The notes under the pieces were generated by a model. The model saw nothing but the letters and a program-made list of their open reading frames with translations. It was not told the origin of the DNA and ran no database searches. The translations under genes were made by a program, and so were the position numbers. From positions 1-51,400 of the forward strand of contig JALHOM010000008.1 of NCBI GenBank assembly GCA_022842995.1: a stretch of DNA of 51,400 nucleotides, given 5' to 3'. Position 1 is the first letter of the stretch. Each line of letters opens with the position of its first letter. Shown in pieces: positions 10,501-18,593 of the stretch. The stretch comes from Candidatus Saccharimonadota bacterium (lineage in GTDB: Bacteria; Patescibacteriota; Saccharimonadia; Saccharimonadales; 2-12-FULL-41-12).

Positions 10501-11364
10501 TTATTTTGCCGACCATTTACCGAAATTAACAGAGGCGACGCCTTTGATTTCGAGCATTGTTAAGTGGGTTTGAATAATCTGTGGTTCATGCACTCCCGCT
10601 ACGAGCAGTTCGTCAATGGTTGAGGGCTTTTTTGTAACTATGTCTAATATGTATTTTTCTATCTCATTTTCGGGCATGTAGGCTACGGCGTGACTTTGAT
10701 CTTTGATGTTAAGGATTTCTAGAATATCGGCCGTTTCTAGGACGGGGGTGGCGCCCTGTTTGATGAGGCGATTTGTTCCGCTACTCGTCGCACTGGTGAT
10801 GTTGCCAGGGACGGCTAAGACAGGAATCCCGAGATCGAGGGCGTAATGGGCAGTGTTGAGGCTGCCACTCGCTGTTGCCGCCTCTGTAATCAAGATGGCG
10901 TCGGCACAGGCAGCGATGAGCCTGTTGCGCTCTAAAAAGCGGTATTTAAGGATGGTTGCGTCGTCGGGCCTGTGCTCGCTTATGAGTAGTCCACCATTCT
11001 CGATAATTCTCGAGGCTAGGCCCAGGTGCGAGCGAGGGTAGATATGATTGATCCCCGATGGCAGTACGGCAATAGTTTGGCCGCCAGCATCTAGGCAAGC
11101 TCTGTGAGCCAGGCTGTCTATACCTAAAGCTAATCCACTAACGATAATGACCCCTGCTCTTGCGAGCTCACTGGCGAGCTTTGTCGTTACTGTTTGGCCG
11201 TAAGGGCTATATTTCCTGGCGCCGACTATGGCGACACGTGGCCTGCCGGTTTCGAGCAATGAAGTATCGCCCTTCCCTGTTAGTAACAGAGGTGGTTTAT
11301 GAAGCTGATGAATGGCTTCGGGGAGCGTAGCACCGCTTAAGCTTACTATTAATTCTTCTTGCAT
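10501..11364 (-). CDS. dprA: DNA-processing protein DprA
   Basis: VAIVGAR, IVSGLALGIDSLAH, FLERNRLIA and SGSLNTA motifs; C-terminal wHTH; dprA-topA synteny. Confidence 0.96.
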   Translation of the reverse strand: MQEELIVSLSGATLPEAIHQLHKPPLLLTGKGDTSLLETGRPRVAIVGARKYSPYGQTVTTKLASELARAGVIIVSGLALGIDSLAHRACLDAGGQTIAVLPSGINHIYPRSHLGLASRIIENGGLLISEHRPDDATILKYRFLERNRLIAACADAILITEAATASGSLNTAHYALDLGIPVLAVPGNITSATSSGTNRLIKQGATPVLETADILEILNIKDQSHAVAYMPENEIEKYILDIVTKKPSTIDELLVAGVHEPQIIQTHLTMLEIKGVASVNFGKWSAK

Positions 11365-11388
11365 TTATAACAAAATAGTTAATAAGTA

Positions 11389-11417
11389 TTGACATAGTCA
11401 AAGATTTTTGATATTAT
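11389..11417 (+). promoter_or_regulatory. Consensus-like promoter TTGACA-N17-TATTAT inside the inverted repeat ATTGACATA...TATGTCAAT
   Basis: Read directly; a second TTGACA lies on the minus strand. Confidence 0.65.
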
Positions 11418-11483
11418 GTCAATCTGTAAGCTTTGGAGTACTAAAGCTTATGTACCTTCCATACCCCCAATGTTAGATTGTTT

Positions 11484-11726
11484 TAGAGTGCACATGCCTG
11501 CATCGATAATCCCCTGCCCAGCGGGCAACCCGCTAGCCCGGAATTATCTTTCAGCGATCTGCTGCGTTACTTTATCCAATGCTCCCTTCATCGTACCACA
11601 GTACGACTCAGGTCCGCTTGAATAAAGTGCCTCGCATCTCATCTGAATGCAGACATGTGCAGGCTCTACTGGGAAAGGTAAATACCCTCCACCTCCTCCC
11701 GACTGTAGCCGACTCAGGGTTTACCT
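11484..11726 (-). ncRNA. Unidentified structured RNA candidate
   Basis: Helices of 15, 11 and 9 bp plus hairpins; six A-C mismatches on + become G-U pairs on -. Confidence 0.65.
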
Positions 11727-11933
11727 GGGTCCTCTAAAGCATACTAACCCCTTTAACCCCGCGTTCCCCCCTCGTGTTGATTGAGCTGTGGCGGATACGA
11801 CGGAAATACCTATGAGTGGGCTGACGAGTTCAATTGCGAGATTACTTGTCAGAGGCCTTCAAGGTGGGTTGAAGGGTGTTTTAGTGGGCTCGACGCGTTC
11901 GAGCCCGATAATGAACCTCCAGCGGTGCCCACC

Positions 11934-12110
11934 CCCTCTGGAGGTTCTTTATTTTACGCGGGAATTAACGACACTTCGCTCGCGACTACAAAAAGCCAAG
12001 CCCTTGGCTTTTTGCCCTCTGGAGGTTCTTTTTGATTTCAGGACAAGACGACGCTTCGCTCGTGACTACAGAATGGCAAGCCCTTGCCATTCTGCCCTCT
12101 GGAGGTTCTT
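11934..12110. repeat. Tandem array with 80-81-bp period, covarying hairpins and 17-18-nt variable segments
   Basis: CCCTCTGGAGGTTCTT at 11934, 12015 and 12095. Confidence 0.9.
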
Positions 12111-12138
12111 GCGATATGCTCAGGAACAGTACATTTTT

Positions 12139-12168
12139 TTGCAAATAAGCATAAACGTTTGGTATAAT
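12139..12168 (+). promoter_or_regulatory. Promoter TTGCAA-N18-TATAAT with extended -10
   Basis: 11 nt upstream of the ATG at 12180. Confidence 0.55.
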
Positions 12169-12179
12169 ATAAACCTAGT

Positions 12180-12761
12180 ATGTCGGTTGCATTACTAGAA
12201 ACAGGTCCTCAAGTGTCGTCCTGTTTCAGCGACCGCAGGAAACGAAGACAGGCTTGCCTTGACGAAGTTCAACGCATGGGGACTGTTGAGGCGCAGGGCC
12301 GAATTTATACTCGTGGAGAATTCTTTTTAGAACTCGATACTGCAACTCAGTCTGCATTGGCCGGGTTATTTTGTCATGTAGAACAGCATGGATACGGGCA
12401 AGTTTTAAATCAAGGCGTTGTACCGTCTCATATTGCTAGTGAAGGCTTTGCGCTGATGACGACAGAGTTTCGTACCGTCGGCGGGGTGCAAGTATTTTTG
12501 ACGAAGCACGAGATCCCTGATTCTATTGGTATGCGATCTATTTATAACGGAGGTTTTGGCCGTTATGCTAGATGCTCGAAGATTAGTAATGCAAAAGAAT
12601 CAGTTAAGTTTTTAACGTTTTTACCTGATAGGTATCATTACCAATCTTCTGATGATCTGCAGGCTCATTATTTACACGGTTCGCGTATCGTTAGAGAGCT
12701 AGCTGCGGTTGTCGGTATTCGGTTCTTGGACTCAATGCTAAACTACACGATTCACGAGTGA
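12180..12761 (+). CDS. Hypothetical protein (weak ADP-ribosyltransferase-fold resemblance)
   Basis: 193-aa ORF with its own promoter. Confidence 0.65.
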   Translation: MSVALLETGPQVSSCFSDRRKRRQACLDEVQRMGTVEAQGRIYTRGEFFLELDTATQSALAGLFCHVEQHGYGQVLNQGVVPSHIASEGFALMTTEFRTVGGVQVFLTKHEIPDSIGMRSIYNGGFGRYARCSKISNAKESVKFLTFLPDRYHYQSSDDLQAHYLHGSRIVRELAAVVGIRFLDSMLNYTIHE

Positions 12762-12791
12762 ACCGACTAGTAGAATGCCACTAAACAGGCC

Positions 12792-13457
12792 TTATACGAT
12801 AAAGGTGCGGGTTTCTTCGAGAAGTTGGCCGCCACCGAAACAGTATTCGCTGAGGAGGCTATTTGTTTCGGTCATGAGATTAGGCAATTGTTTTTTGTGT
12901 GTTGGGCCGAAAACCGCGAGCACGAAATCAGAAAGTTCCATTTGGGCTGGTTTTTTAGGGCCTATGCCGATCCGTACTCGGCCGAAATCTTCGCCCAGGT
13001 GGCTAATAAGTGATTTAACACCGTTATGCCCTGCCGCTCCGCCGCCTATTCGGGTCCTGATCTGGCCGAAATTAACGTCTATCTCGTCGTAGACAGCGAG
13101 CGTTGCTGATTGTGGTACCTTGTAGAATTTTTGAACCGCTTGAGCTGCCTCGCCACTGTTGTTCATGAATGTGGTTGGCTTAATAAGTACCACCTTGTAG
13201 GAACCGATGGTCTTGGAGGTTTCTTGGCATTTCCAATCTTTTTTAAATGACCAAACTGGAAAGTCTTGCTTATCGGCAAAATAATCCAGCACTTCAAAGC
13301 CGACATTGTGTCTCGTGCCTTCATATTCGTCGCCAACGTTTCCGAGCCCAATGATCAACAAAGTCTTGTTTTGGCCGGTCGATACGCCGACGTCATTAAC
13401 AATCTGGTAATAACCGTTTCCTTCATTCCCAAAAACATTTCTCTGAAATAATCCCAT
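12792..13457 (-). CDS. pth: Peptidyl-tRNA hydrolase
   Basis: LIIGLGN, TRHNVGF, KPTTFMNNSG, YDEID, GGAAGHNGVKS and RVRIGIG motifs. Confidence 0.97.
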   Translation of the reverse strand: MGLFQRNVFGNEGNGYYQIVNDVGVSTGQNKTLLIIGLGNVGDEYEGTRHNVGFEVLDYFADKQDFPVWSFKKDWKCQETSKTIGSYKVVLIKPTTFMNNSGEAAQAVQKFYKVPQSATLAVYDEIDVNFGQIRTRIGGGAAGHNGVKSLISHLGEDFGRVRIGIGPKKPAQMELSDFVLAVFGPTHKKQLPNLMTETNSLLSEYCFGGGQLLEETRTFIV

Positions 13458-13602
13458 GTAGCGCCCCGCTATTTACTAAAAGAGTATACGACACATCTTG
13501 AATAAACTAAATGCCTAAGATGTACCCCTAGTGCTTTAAAAATACTATGAAACATTAAATCAGTGTTGTAAACCATCAAATTTTTATTATACTTATAATC
13601 AA

Positions 13603-14598
13603 ATGCTAGGTGTAGAGGACAAAAACGAGATGGGAAGATTGCGGGAATCATTGCGTCTTCATCAGGCGCACATGGACCCCGTCTATCAGCAACTAGGTGC
13701 CGTTATGGCTGCTTCAGGCACTCCTCAGGGACGTAAAGTCACCGCACTTGCCGATCGGACGTTACGTTACGACGAAGAAACTAGACGGGCCAAAATCGAA
13801 CAGGAAACTCACAGTAGACGCATCAAGTATGCGGCTGAGAATAATTCATGCATTCTAACTGGATTAGTCGAGGGACTGCCAAAATACCACATGTCAAAGA
13901 GCCAAGATCTTTCTGAAAGTTTTTGTTGGTTTACGGTTGGCTCAAATGAGCTCCACAGGGCTAAGATCATACAGTCCCGAATTATTTGGGCTTCGATATT
14001 CAACTACGATCAGCCTCTGAAGTCGTGGCCCTGGAGGATGCGCCCGTTTTTTGTGATCGGCAGGAATGATACAGCGAGATCGGCACTATTAACTCCGGCA
14101 AGGATGCAGGACAGTACAAACCAGGAGAGTGTATACGAGGGCCATTTCGTATCAGAGCCAGCAAAACGTCTTAACAATGTGTCCGTTTACGAAGTCGCCC
14201 TTGGAGCCATTAGTTATAGGATGATGGGCCGACGAATAGCACTCGGTGCATTTGATTTTTATTCACCGGATGAGCTGGAGTTAATGCACGATCAGGTGAG
14301 CGGTAATTATGTAGTCAGTTATAGTTCACCTGGCTCAATGCATTTGACAAGCCGACTTAGTCCTTCTTTTATCGGGCGTTCAAATGCTCTCCGACGTAGG
14401 GGGAGTTGGATAGTGCCGGCGTTAAGTGATGAAGTGTGTAGAGATTTTAAAGTTGCTGAGCATTTACAAGGACTTGCGATTGCTTTTGGGCAGGCAGAAA
14501 GACTCGATGCAGCTTATGTGGAGATATTCAGAGATCAAAAACGACAGCGGGTTGCTGAAACAAGTCAAAGGCAGTACGCTATCTGTTTTGCCCGCTAG
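13603..14598 (+). CDS. Hypothetical protein
   Basis: 331-aa ORF with an upstream -10-like box; no recognised motif. Confidence 0.75.
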   Translation: MLGVEDKNEMGRLRESLRLHQAHMDPVYQQLGAVMAASGTPQGRKVTALADRTLRYDEETRRAKIEQETHSRRIKYAAENNSCILTGLVEGLPKYHMSKSQDLSESFCWFTVGSNELHRAKIIQSRIIWASIFNYDQPLKSWPWRMRPFFVIGRNDTARSALLTPARMQDSTNQESVYEGHFVSEPAKRLNNVSVYEVALGAISYRMMGRRIALGAFDFYSPDELELMHDQVSGNYVVSYSSPGSMHLTSRLSPSFIGRSNALRRRGSWIVPALSDEVCRDFKVAEHLQGLAIAFGQAERLDAAYVEIFRDQKRQRVAETSQRQYAICFAR

Positions 14599-14605
14599 AC
14601 TGTCT

Positions 14606-15973
14606 CTAGTTCTCTTTCGTTGGGCTCTGGCCGTGCTTGTGCGTTACGTGCTTTTCGATAAACCAAAATTGGATCGGCGTGCCGTTGTAGCCGTATTCTT
14701 CGCGCATGCGGCGCTCGAGGTGGCGTTTGTAGCTCCAGTGTAGGAATTTGGTGTGTGAACCAAAGACTTTAAAGGCCGGGATAGGGTTATCGGTTTCTTG
14801 AGTTATGTAGTTAAGCTTAGGGAGGCGGTTTTTGAGCCCGGCGGGTGGATGACGCTCAATAACTCGTTTTAGCCAGCGATTGAGTTCGACGGTCTTGATT
14901 CGCTTACTGCGCTCTTCCATGATTTCAAGCACGAGGTCAAAAATTTTAGTTACATTTTGCCCAGTGACAGACGAAGTAAATAACAGTGAAGCCCAGGGGA
15001 CGAAATCGTATTCGTTGACAATTTTTGGTGCTAGCTCGTCTCTTGTATACGGAGTTTTATCTAAGCTATCCCATTTGCTGACGGTCAAGATTAGCCCCTT
15101 GCCCGACTCTTTGATCATACCGGCGATTTTTTGGTCAAGCTGTACCTTTGGTTCATTGACGTCAATTAGTAACAAACAGACATCTGCTTGTTCGATTGCC
15201 GAGAGGCTCCGAATAACACTGAAATACTCTATGCCCTTTTCTATCTTGCCGCTTCTACGAATGCCGGCGGTGTCTAAGAGTTCTATTTCTTTGCCTTTGT
15301 AGCGGATGATACTGCGATTAATATCGCGGGTAGTCCCGGCTCTGTCGGCCACGATAGCCTGCTGTTTCTTTGAAAGAGCGTTAAAGAGTGCCGATTTACC
15401 GACGTTTGGTCGACCGAGTAGCGCGATCCTTATGCGGTCATCGTCTTCTTTGATGCTGGCAGGAATTAATAATTCGTGCAGATATTCTAGTAGGTCATCA
15501 ACACCGCGCATTTGAGTTACTGATGTCTGGAAGATGGGTTTTATTCCCAGGCGTTCAAAATGTGAGAGGTCCCTTCCCTTTGCTTGGTCGGCCTTGTTAA
15601 CAGCCAAGATGACGGGTTTGCGAGATTTCAAGGCCATTTTTGCGACGCGGCGATCCTCTTCGGTGATGGTGGTTGCTGCTTCGGTCATAACGATGATAAT
15701 ATCGGCGCTGTCGGCAGCTTGGATAATCTGCTCTTGAATGGTAAATTCAAAGTCGTCTTTGGCGTCTTTTAGCCCAGCGGTATCGACAAGCCAAAAGTCT
15801 TTGACATCAGATCCGATGCTAACACTCGCCTTAGCCATGATGCTGTCGCGTGTTGTGCCGGGTTCGTCGGCGACGATGGCTTCGCGCCGTTCAATGACGG
15901 CGTTAAACAGACTCGATTTTCCGACATTGGCACGCCCAACAATGGCCACAATTGGCACTTTATTTTTACTCAT
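14606..15973 (-). CDS. der: Ribosome biogenesis GTPase Der (EngA)
   Basis: Two tandem G domains (GRANVGKSSLFN, GRPNVGKSALFN, DTAG) and a KH-like C-terminus. Confidence 0.97.
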   Translation of the reverse strand: MSKNKVPIVAIVGRANVGKSSLFNAVIERREAIVADEPGTTRDSIMAKASVSIGSDVKDFWLVDTAGLKDAKDDFEFTIQEQIIQAADSADIIIVMTEAATTITEEDRRVAKMALKSRKPVILAVNKADQAKGRDLSHFERLGIKPIFQTSVTQMRGVDDLLEYLHELLIPASIKEDDDRIRIALLGRPNVGKSALFNALSKKQQAIVADRAGTTRDINRSIIRYKGKEIELLDTAGIRRSGKIEKGIEYFSVIRSLSAIEQADVCLLLIDVNEPKVQLDQKIAGMIKESGKGLILTVSKWDSLDKTPYTRDELAPKIVNEYDFVPWASLLFTSSVTGQNVTKIFDLVLEIMEERSKRIKTVELNRWLKRVIERHPPAGLKNRLPKLNYITQETDNPIPAFKVFGSHTKFLHWSYKRHLERRMREEYGYNGTPIQFWFIEKHVTHKHGQSPTKEN

Positions 15974-16012
15974 TGTTGTATATTATACCACTCTTGTTGC
16001 GGATTCGCAAAA

Positions 16013-16675
16013 CTAAACTACCTTTATTTCTCCTGGGAGGAGCTTGCCGAGATGGTAGTCGCCAAAGTGCGTGCGGTTGAGCATGGAAACATGGTAGCCG
16101 AGGGCGGCAAAAGTTCGTCGTATTTGACGGTTACGCCCTTCTGCCATGGTGATTCTGAGCTTTGTCCCTTGGTCGTTTAGCTTCTCTACCTGGAGTTTGC
16201 TCGGCCCGTCTTCGAGTTGGATGCCAAAGTCGCTTATCATCTGGTGATGGAGAGGCTGAAGAGGTTCTTTGAGGGCAATTTCATAAACTTTAATCTTGCC
16301 GTATTTTGGGTGCGTGAGTTGGTTGGCGAGGTCCCCGTCATCGGTTAAAACGAGCAGTCCTGAAGAGTTTTTATCGAGTCTCCCTGCTGGATTAAGTCTT
16401 TGGAATTCTTGTGGCAGTAGCTCGTAAATAGTCTTGGAACCTTGCCCGTCCCGACTGCAGACGTAGCCGGTCGGCTTGTTTAGAAGTAGTAAGGTTTTAG
16501 ATGTGGAGTGAGGCATGACCAGTTTGTCGTTTAGGTAAACTTGGTCGGAAGCCTGGACCTGGTGCCCGGGGCTTGGATTTTGGCCATTAACAACAACCCT
16601 GCCCTCGGAAATAGCGGTGTCGGCTCCACGACGACTGAGTTGAGTATTTTGGGCTAAATATTGATTGAGGCGCAT
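16013..16675 (-). CDS. RsuA/RluB-family rRNA pseudouridine synthase
   Basis: N-terminal S4 domain, NKPTGYV, GRLDKNSSGLL (catalytic Asp), EGRNRQIRR. Confidence 0.95.
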   Translation of the reverse strand: MRLNQYLAQNTQLSRRGADTAISEGRVVVNGQNPSPGHQVQASDQVYLNDKLVMPHSTSKTLLLLNKPTGYVCSRDGQGSKTIYELLPQEFQRLNPAGRLDKNSSGLLVLTDDGDLANQLTHPKYGKIKVYEIALKEPLQPLHHQMISDFGIQLEDGPSKLQVEKLNDQGTKLRITMAEGRNRQIRRTFAALGYHVSMLNRTHFGDYHLGKLLPGEIKVV

Positions 16676-16732
16676 CTTAATTGTCAGTGTAGCGTATTTT
16701 GAAACAGTAGTTTAGGGGGATTGTGCAAACTC

Positions 16733-18499
16733 TCAGAGCGCGATACTGTCGTGATCTTTAGTGGCTACTGGACTGTTGGGTGCTGACATTGGGGTTGGAT
16801 TTGGCACGATCTCGTTGCCGACTAGCTGGGGTGTGACGACGGTGGTCGCGGCCGGCGGCATAACGGCTTCGAGGGCTTTTTCTTTCTCCAGTAGAGCATT
16901 GAGGTCTGGGCCACTGTTTAGGTCATGGAGTGGCTGGATAACGAGTTTTTTCTTGGTGTCGTCGTTAAGCGGATTTGGCGCGGGCTCTTCGGCCGGTGCC
17001 GGCTCTCTTTCGGTGTCTGGTTGCTGAGCTGCTTCTGTCTGCTGTGATGTTGCAGGCGGTGTCGCTTCGACTGCTGGAGCTGGCTCTTCAGGGGAAGCCG
17101 TAGTTGTAGAAGGTAAAACTGGAGCTGATTGTGGCTCGACTGCTGGAGCTGGTTCGGGCGTTGAAGGTAGCGTAATATTCCCGACCAGAGGAGTTGTGTC
17201 GGCTGCTGCTGGTGTAGCGGGCTGCGCAGAAGGCAGACTTCCCTGCTCGGCGGCGGCTTCTTCAGCTTGGAGTGCTTCGGCCAGGTTTGGTCCAACGAAT
17301 GGCTCGGCTGCTGCTGGTGTAGCACTTTCAGCCGATAGAGGAGTTAGATCACCGGCAGATGGCGTTGGGCTAGGTGATGTAATTGGCGTGGCCAAGGTGG
17401 CTGGTTCGGCGCCAACGGCAGTCACTTGGTTTTGGCTCGGCAACTGGACGTTAAATGTTGGCGCTGGTTCGCTTGGCTGGACAATCTCTGGTTGTGCGGT
17501 CGTTGGTTCTGTGGTGACTGAGATTGGATCGGGCATGACCACAGGGTTTTCTGGTTGCGCGACCGTAGTCGTTGGCTTGGCTACAGGAGCTGGCTCGCTC
17601 ACCTCAGGAGTTGCTTGGTCTGAAATAGGAGGCATCGGTTGACTTGTTGACGTAGGGTCAGGGGCGGTTGGTGCTGTTGAGCTAACGGCCGGCGAATCCA
17701 CGACAGGATCCGCAACAGGAACGGCTACCACCTGGTCTTGTACTTGCGATGCTGTAGAATCGTCGGCTGGCACTGCATCCGCTAAAGCTGCTTGGGTGGT
17801 AGGTTGAGGTGGCTGGGTCACTGGTTCGGGAATTTGGCTGACGGGGTTTAGCGGATCATTTTGCACAGTAGAAACCGGATCGGCAACTGGCGAGGTTACT
17901 GGTGCGGCTGGTTCTGTTATCGGGATAACTTCTGGGTTTGGCGCTACGGCAGGTTCGGTTGCTTCGCTGGCAGGTGCTGGGGCTGGGTTTTCGGTTGACT
18001 GCTCGGGTTCGACAGTGGCTACTTGGGTCGTTGCCGGTTCGGTCGTGGCGCTGACGCCAGGAGTTTCTGTTGATACCGGCTCTTCGACCTGGATTACCTC
18101 TGGTGTGATCGGTTCTGGGCTGTCTTCGGTTTTGCCTTCTAATACATCGCGCACGACGCGGGCGACATCTTCAAGGGTTACCTGGGATTTGACTAAATAG
18201 CGGTCGGCGCCTAAATTGTCGGCTCGGGCTTTGTCTTCAGCTTGAGAAAGAGCGGTCATCATAATGACTTTTGTAAACTTCGTTTCTGGAGCATTTCTAA
18301 GGATATCGAGCATGTCAAAACCGCTGATGCGAGGCATCATCACATCAGAAATTATGAGGTCGGGCTTTTCTTTAACAGCAGTCGCCAAGGCTTCTTCGCC
18401 GTCTTTGGCAGTTACAATTTCGTGTCCTTCAGCCAGTAGTCTGGCCCCGTAGATTTCTCGAAGATTATTATCATCCTCGACAAGCATGATTTTTGCCAT
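16733..18499 (-). CDS. Response regulator receiver fused to a ~460-aa Pro/Ala/Thr/Glu-rich tail
   Basis: KIMLVEDD, DLIISDVMMP and YLVK receiver motifs; low-complexity remainder. Confidence 0.9.
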   Translation of the reverse strand: MAKIMLVEDDNNLREIYGARLLAEGHEIVTAKDGEEALATAVKEKPDLIISDVMMPRISGFDMLDILRNAPETKFTKVIMMTALSQAEDKARADNLGADRYLVKSQVTLEDVARVVRDVLEGKTEDSPEPITPEVIQVEEPVSTETPGVSATTEPATTQVATVEPEQSTENPAPAPASEATEPAVAPNPEVIPITEPAAPVTSPVADPVSTVQNDPLNPVSQIPEPVTQPPQPTTQAALADAVPADDSTASQVQDQVVAVPVADPVVDSPAVSSTAPTAPDPTSTSQPMPPISDQATPEVSEPAPVAKPTTTVAQPENPVVMPDPISVTTEPTTAQPEIVQPSEPAPTFNVQLPSQNQVTAVGAEPATLATPITSPSPTPSAGDLTPLSAESATPAAAEPFVGPNLAEALQAEEAAAEQGSLPSAQPATPAAADTTPLVGNITLPSTPEPAPAVEPQSAPVLPSTTTASPEEPAPAVEATPPATSQQTEAAQQPDTEREPAPAEEPAPNPLNDDTKKKLVIQPLHDLNSGPDLNALLEKEKALEAVMPPAATTVVTPQLVGNEIVPNPTPMSAPNSPVATKDHDSIAL

Positions 18500-18593
18500 C
18501 TGCTATTTTTCGTCCTTGTCCTTTTGTTGATGCCTATTGTATGTCGCTCATTATATCATCAAGCTTATGGTTTACCTATCGAAGCCAGACTGC

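Noticed and set aside
11600-11700. SRP RNA (TCAGGTCCG) or tmRNA 3' end (CTCCACCTCC)
   Set aside because: The following GGAAGGAAGCAGC and the TTCGA T-loop are absent, and both matches are on the strand disfavoured by the G-U pattern.
11484-11726. Retron msr-msd or group II intron
   Set aside because: No reverse transcriptase nearby and no domain V or GTGCG boundary motifs.
11934-12110. CRISPR array
   Set aside because: The constant part (~62 nt) is much longer than the variable part (17-18 nt), there are only 2-3 units, and no cas genes are in the window.
11781-12198. ORFs 11781-12035 and 11788-12198
   Set aside because: They run through the hairpin cluster and repeat array, have no recognisable motifs, and overlap the start of the 12180 gene.
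14426-14743. 105-aa ORF and other short shadow ORFs in the track
   Set aside because: They overlap well-supported genes on the opposite strand or frame, with no family motifs.
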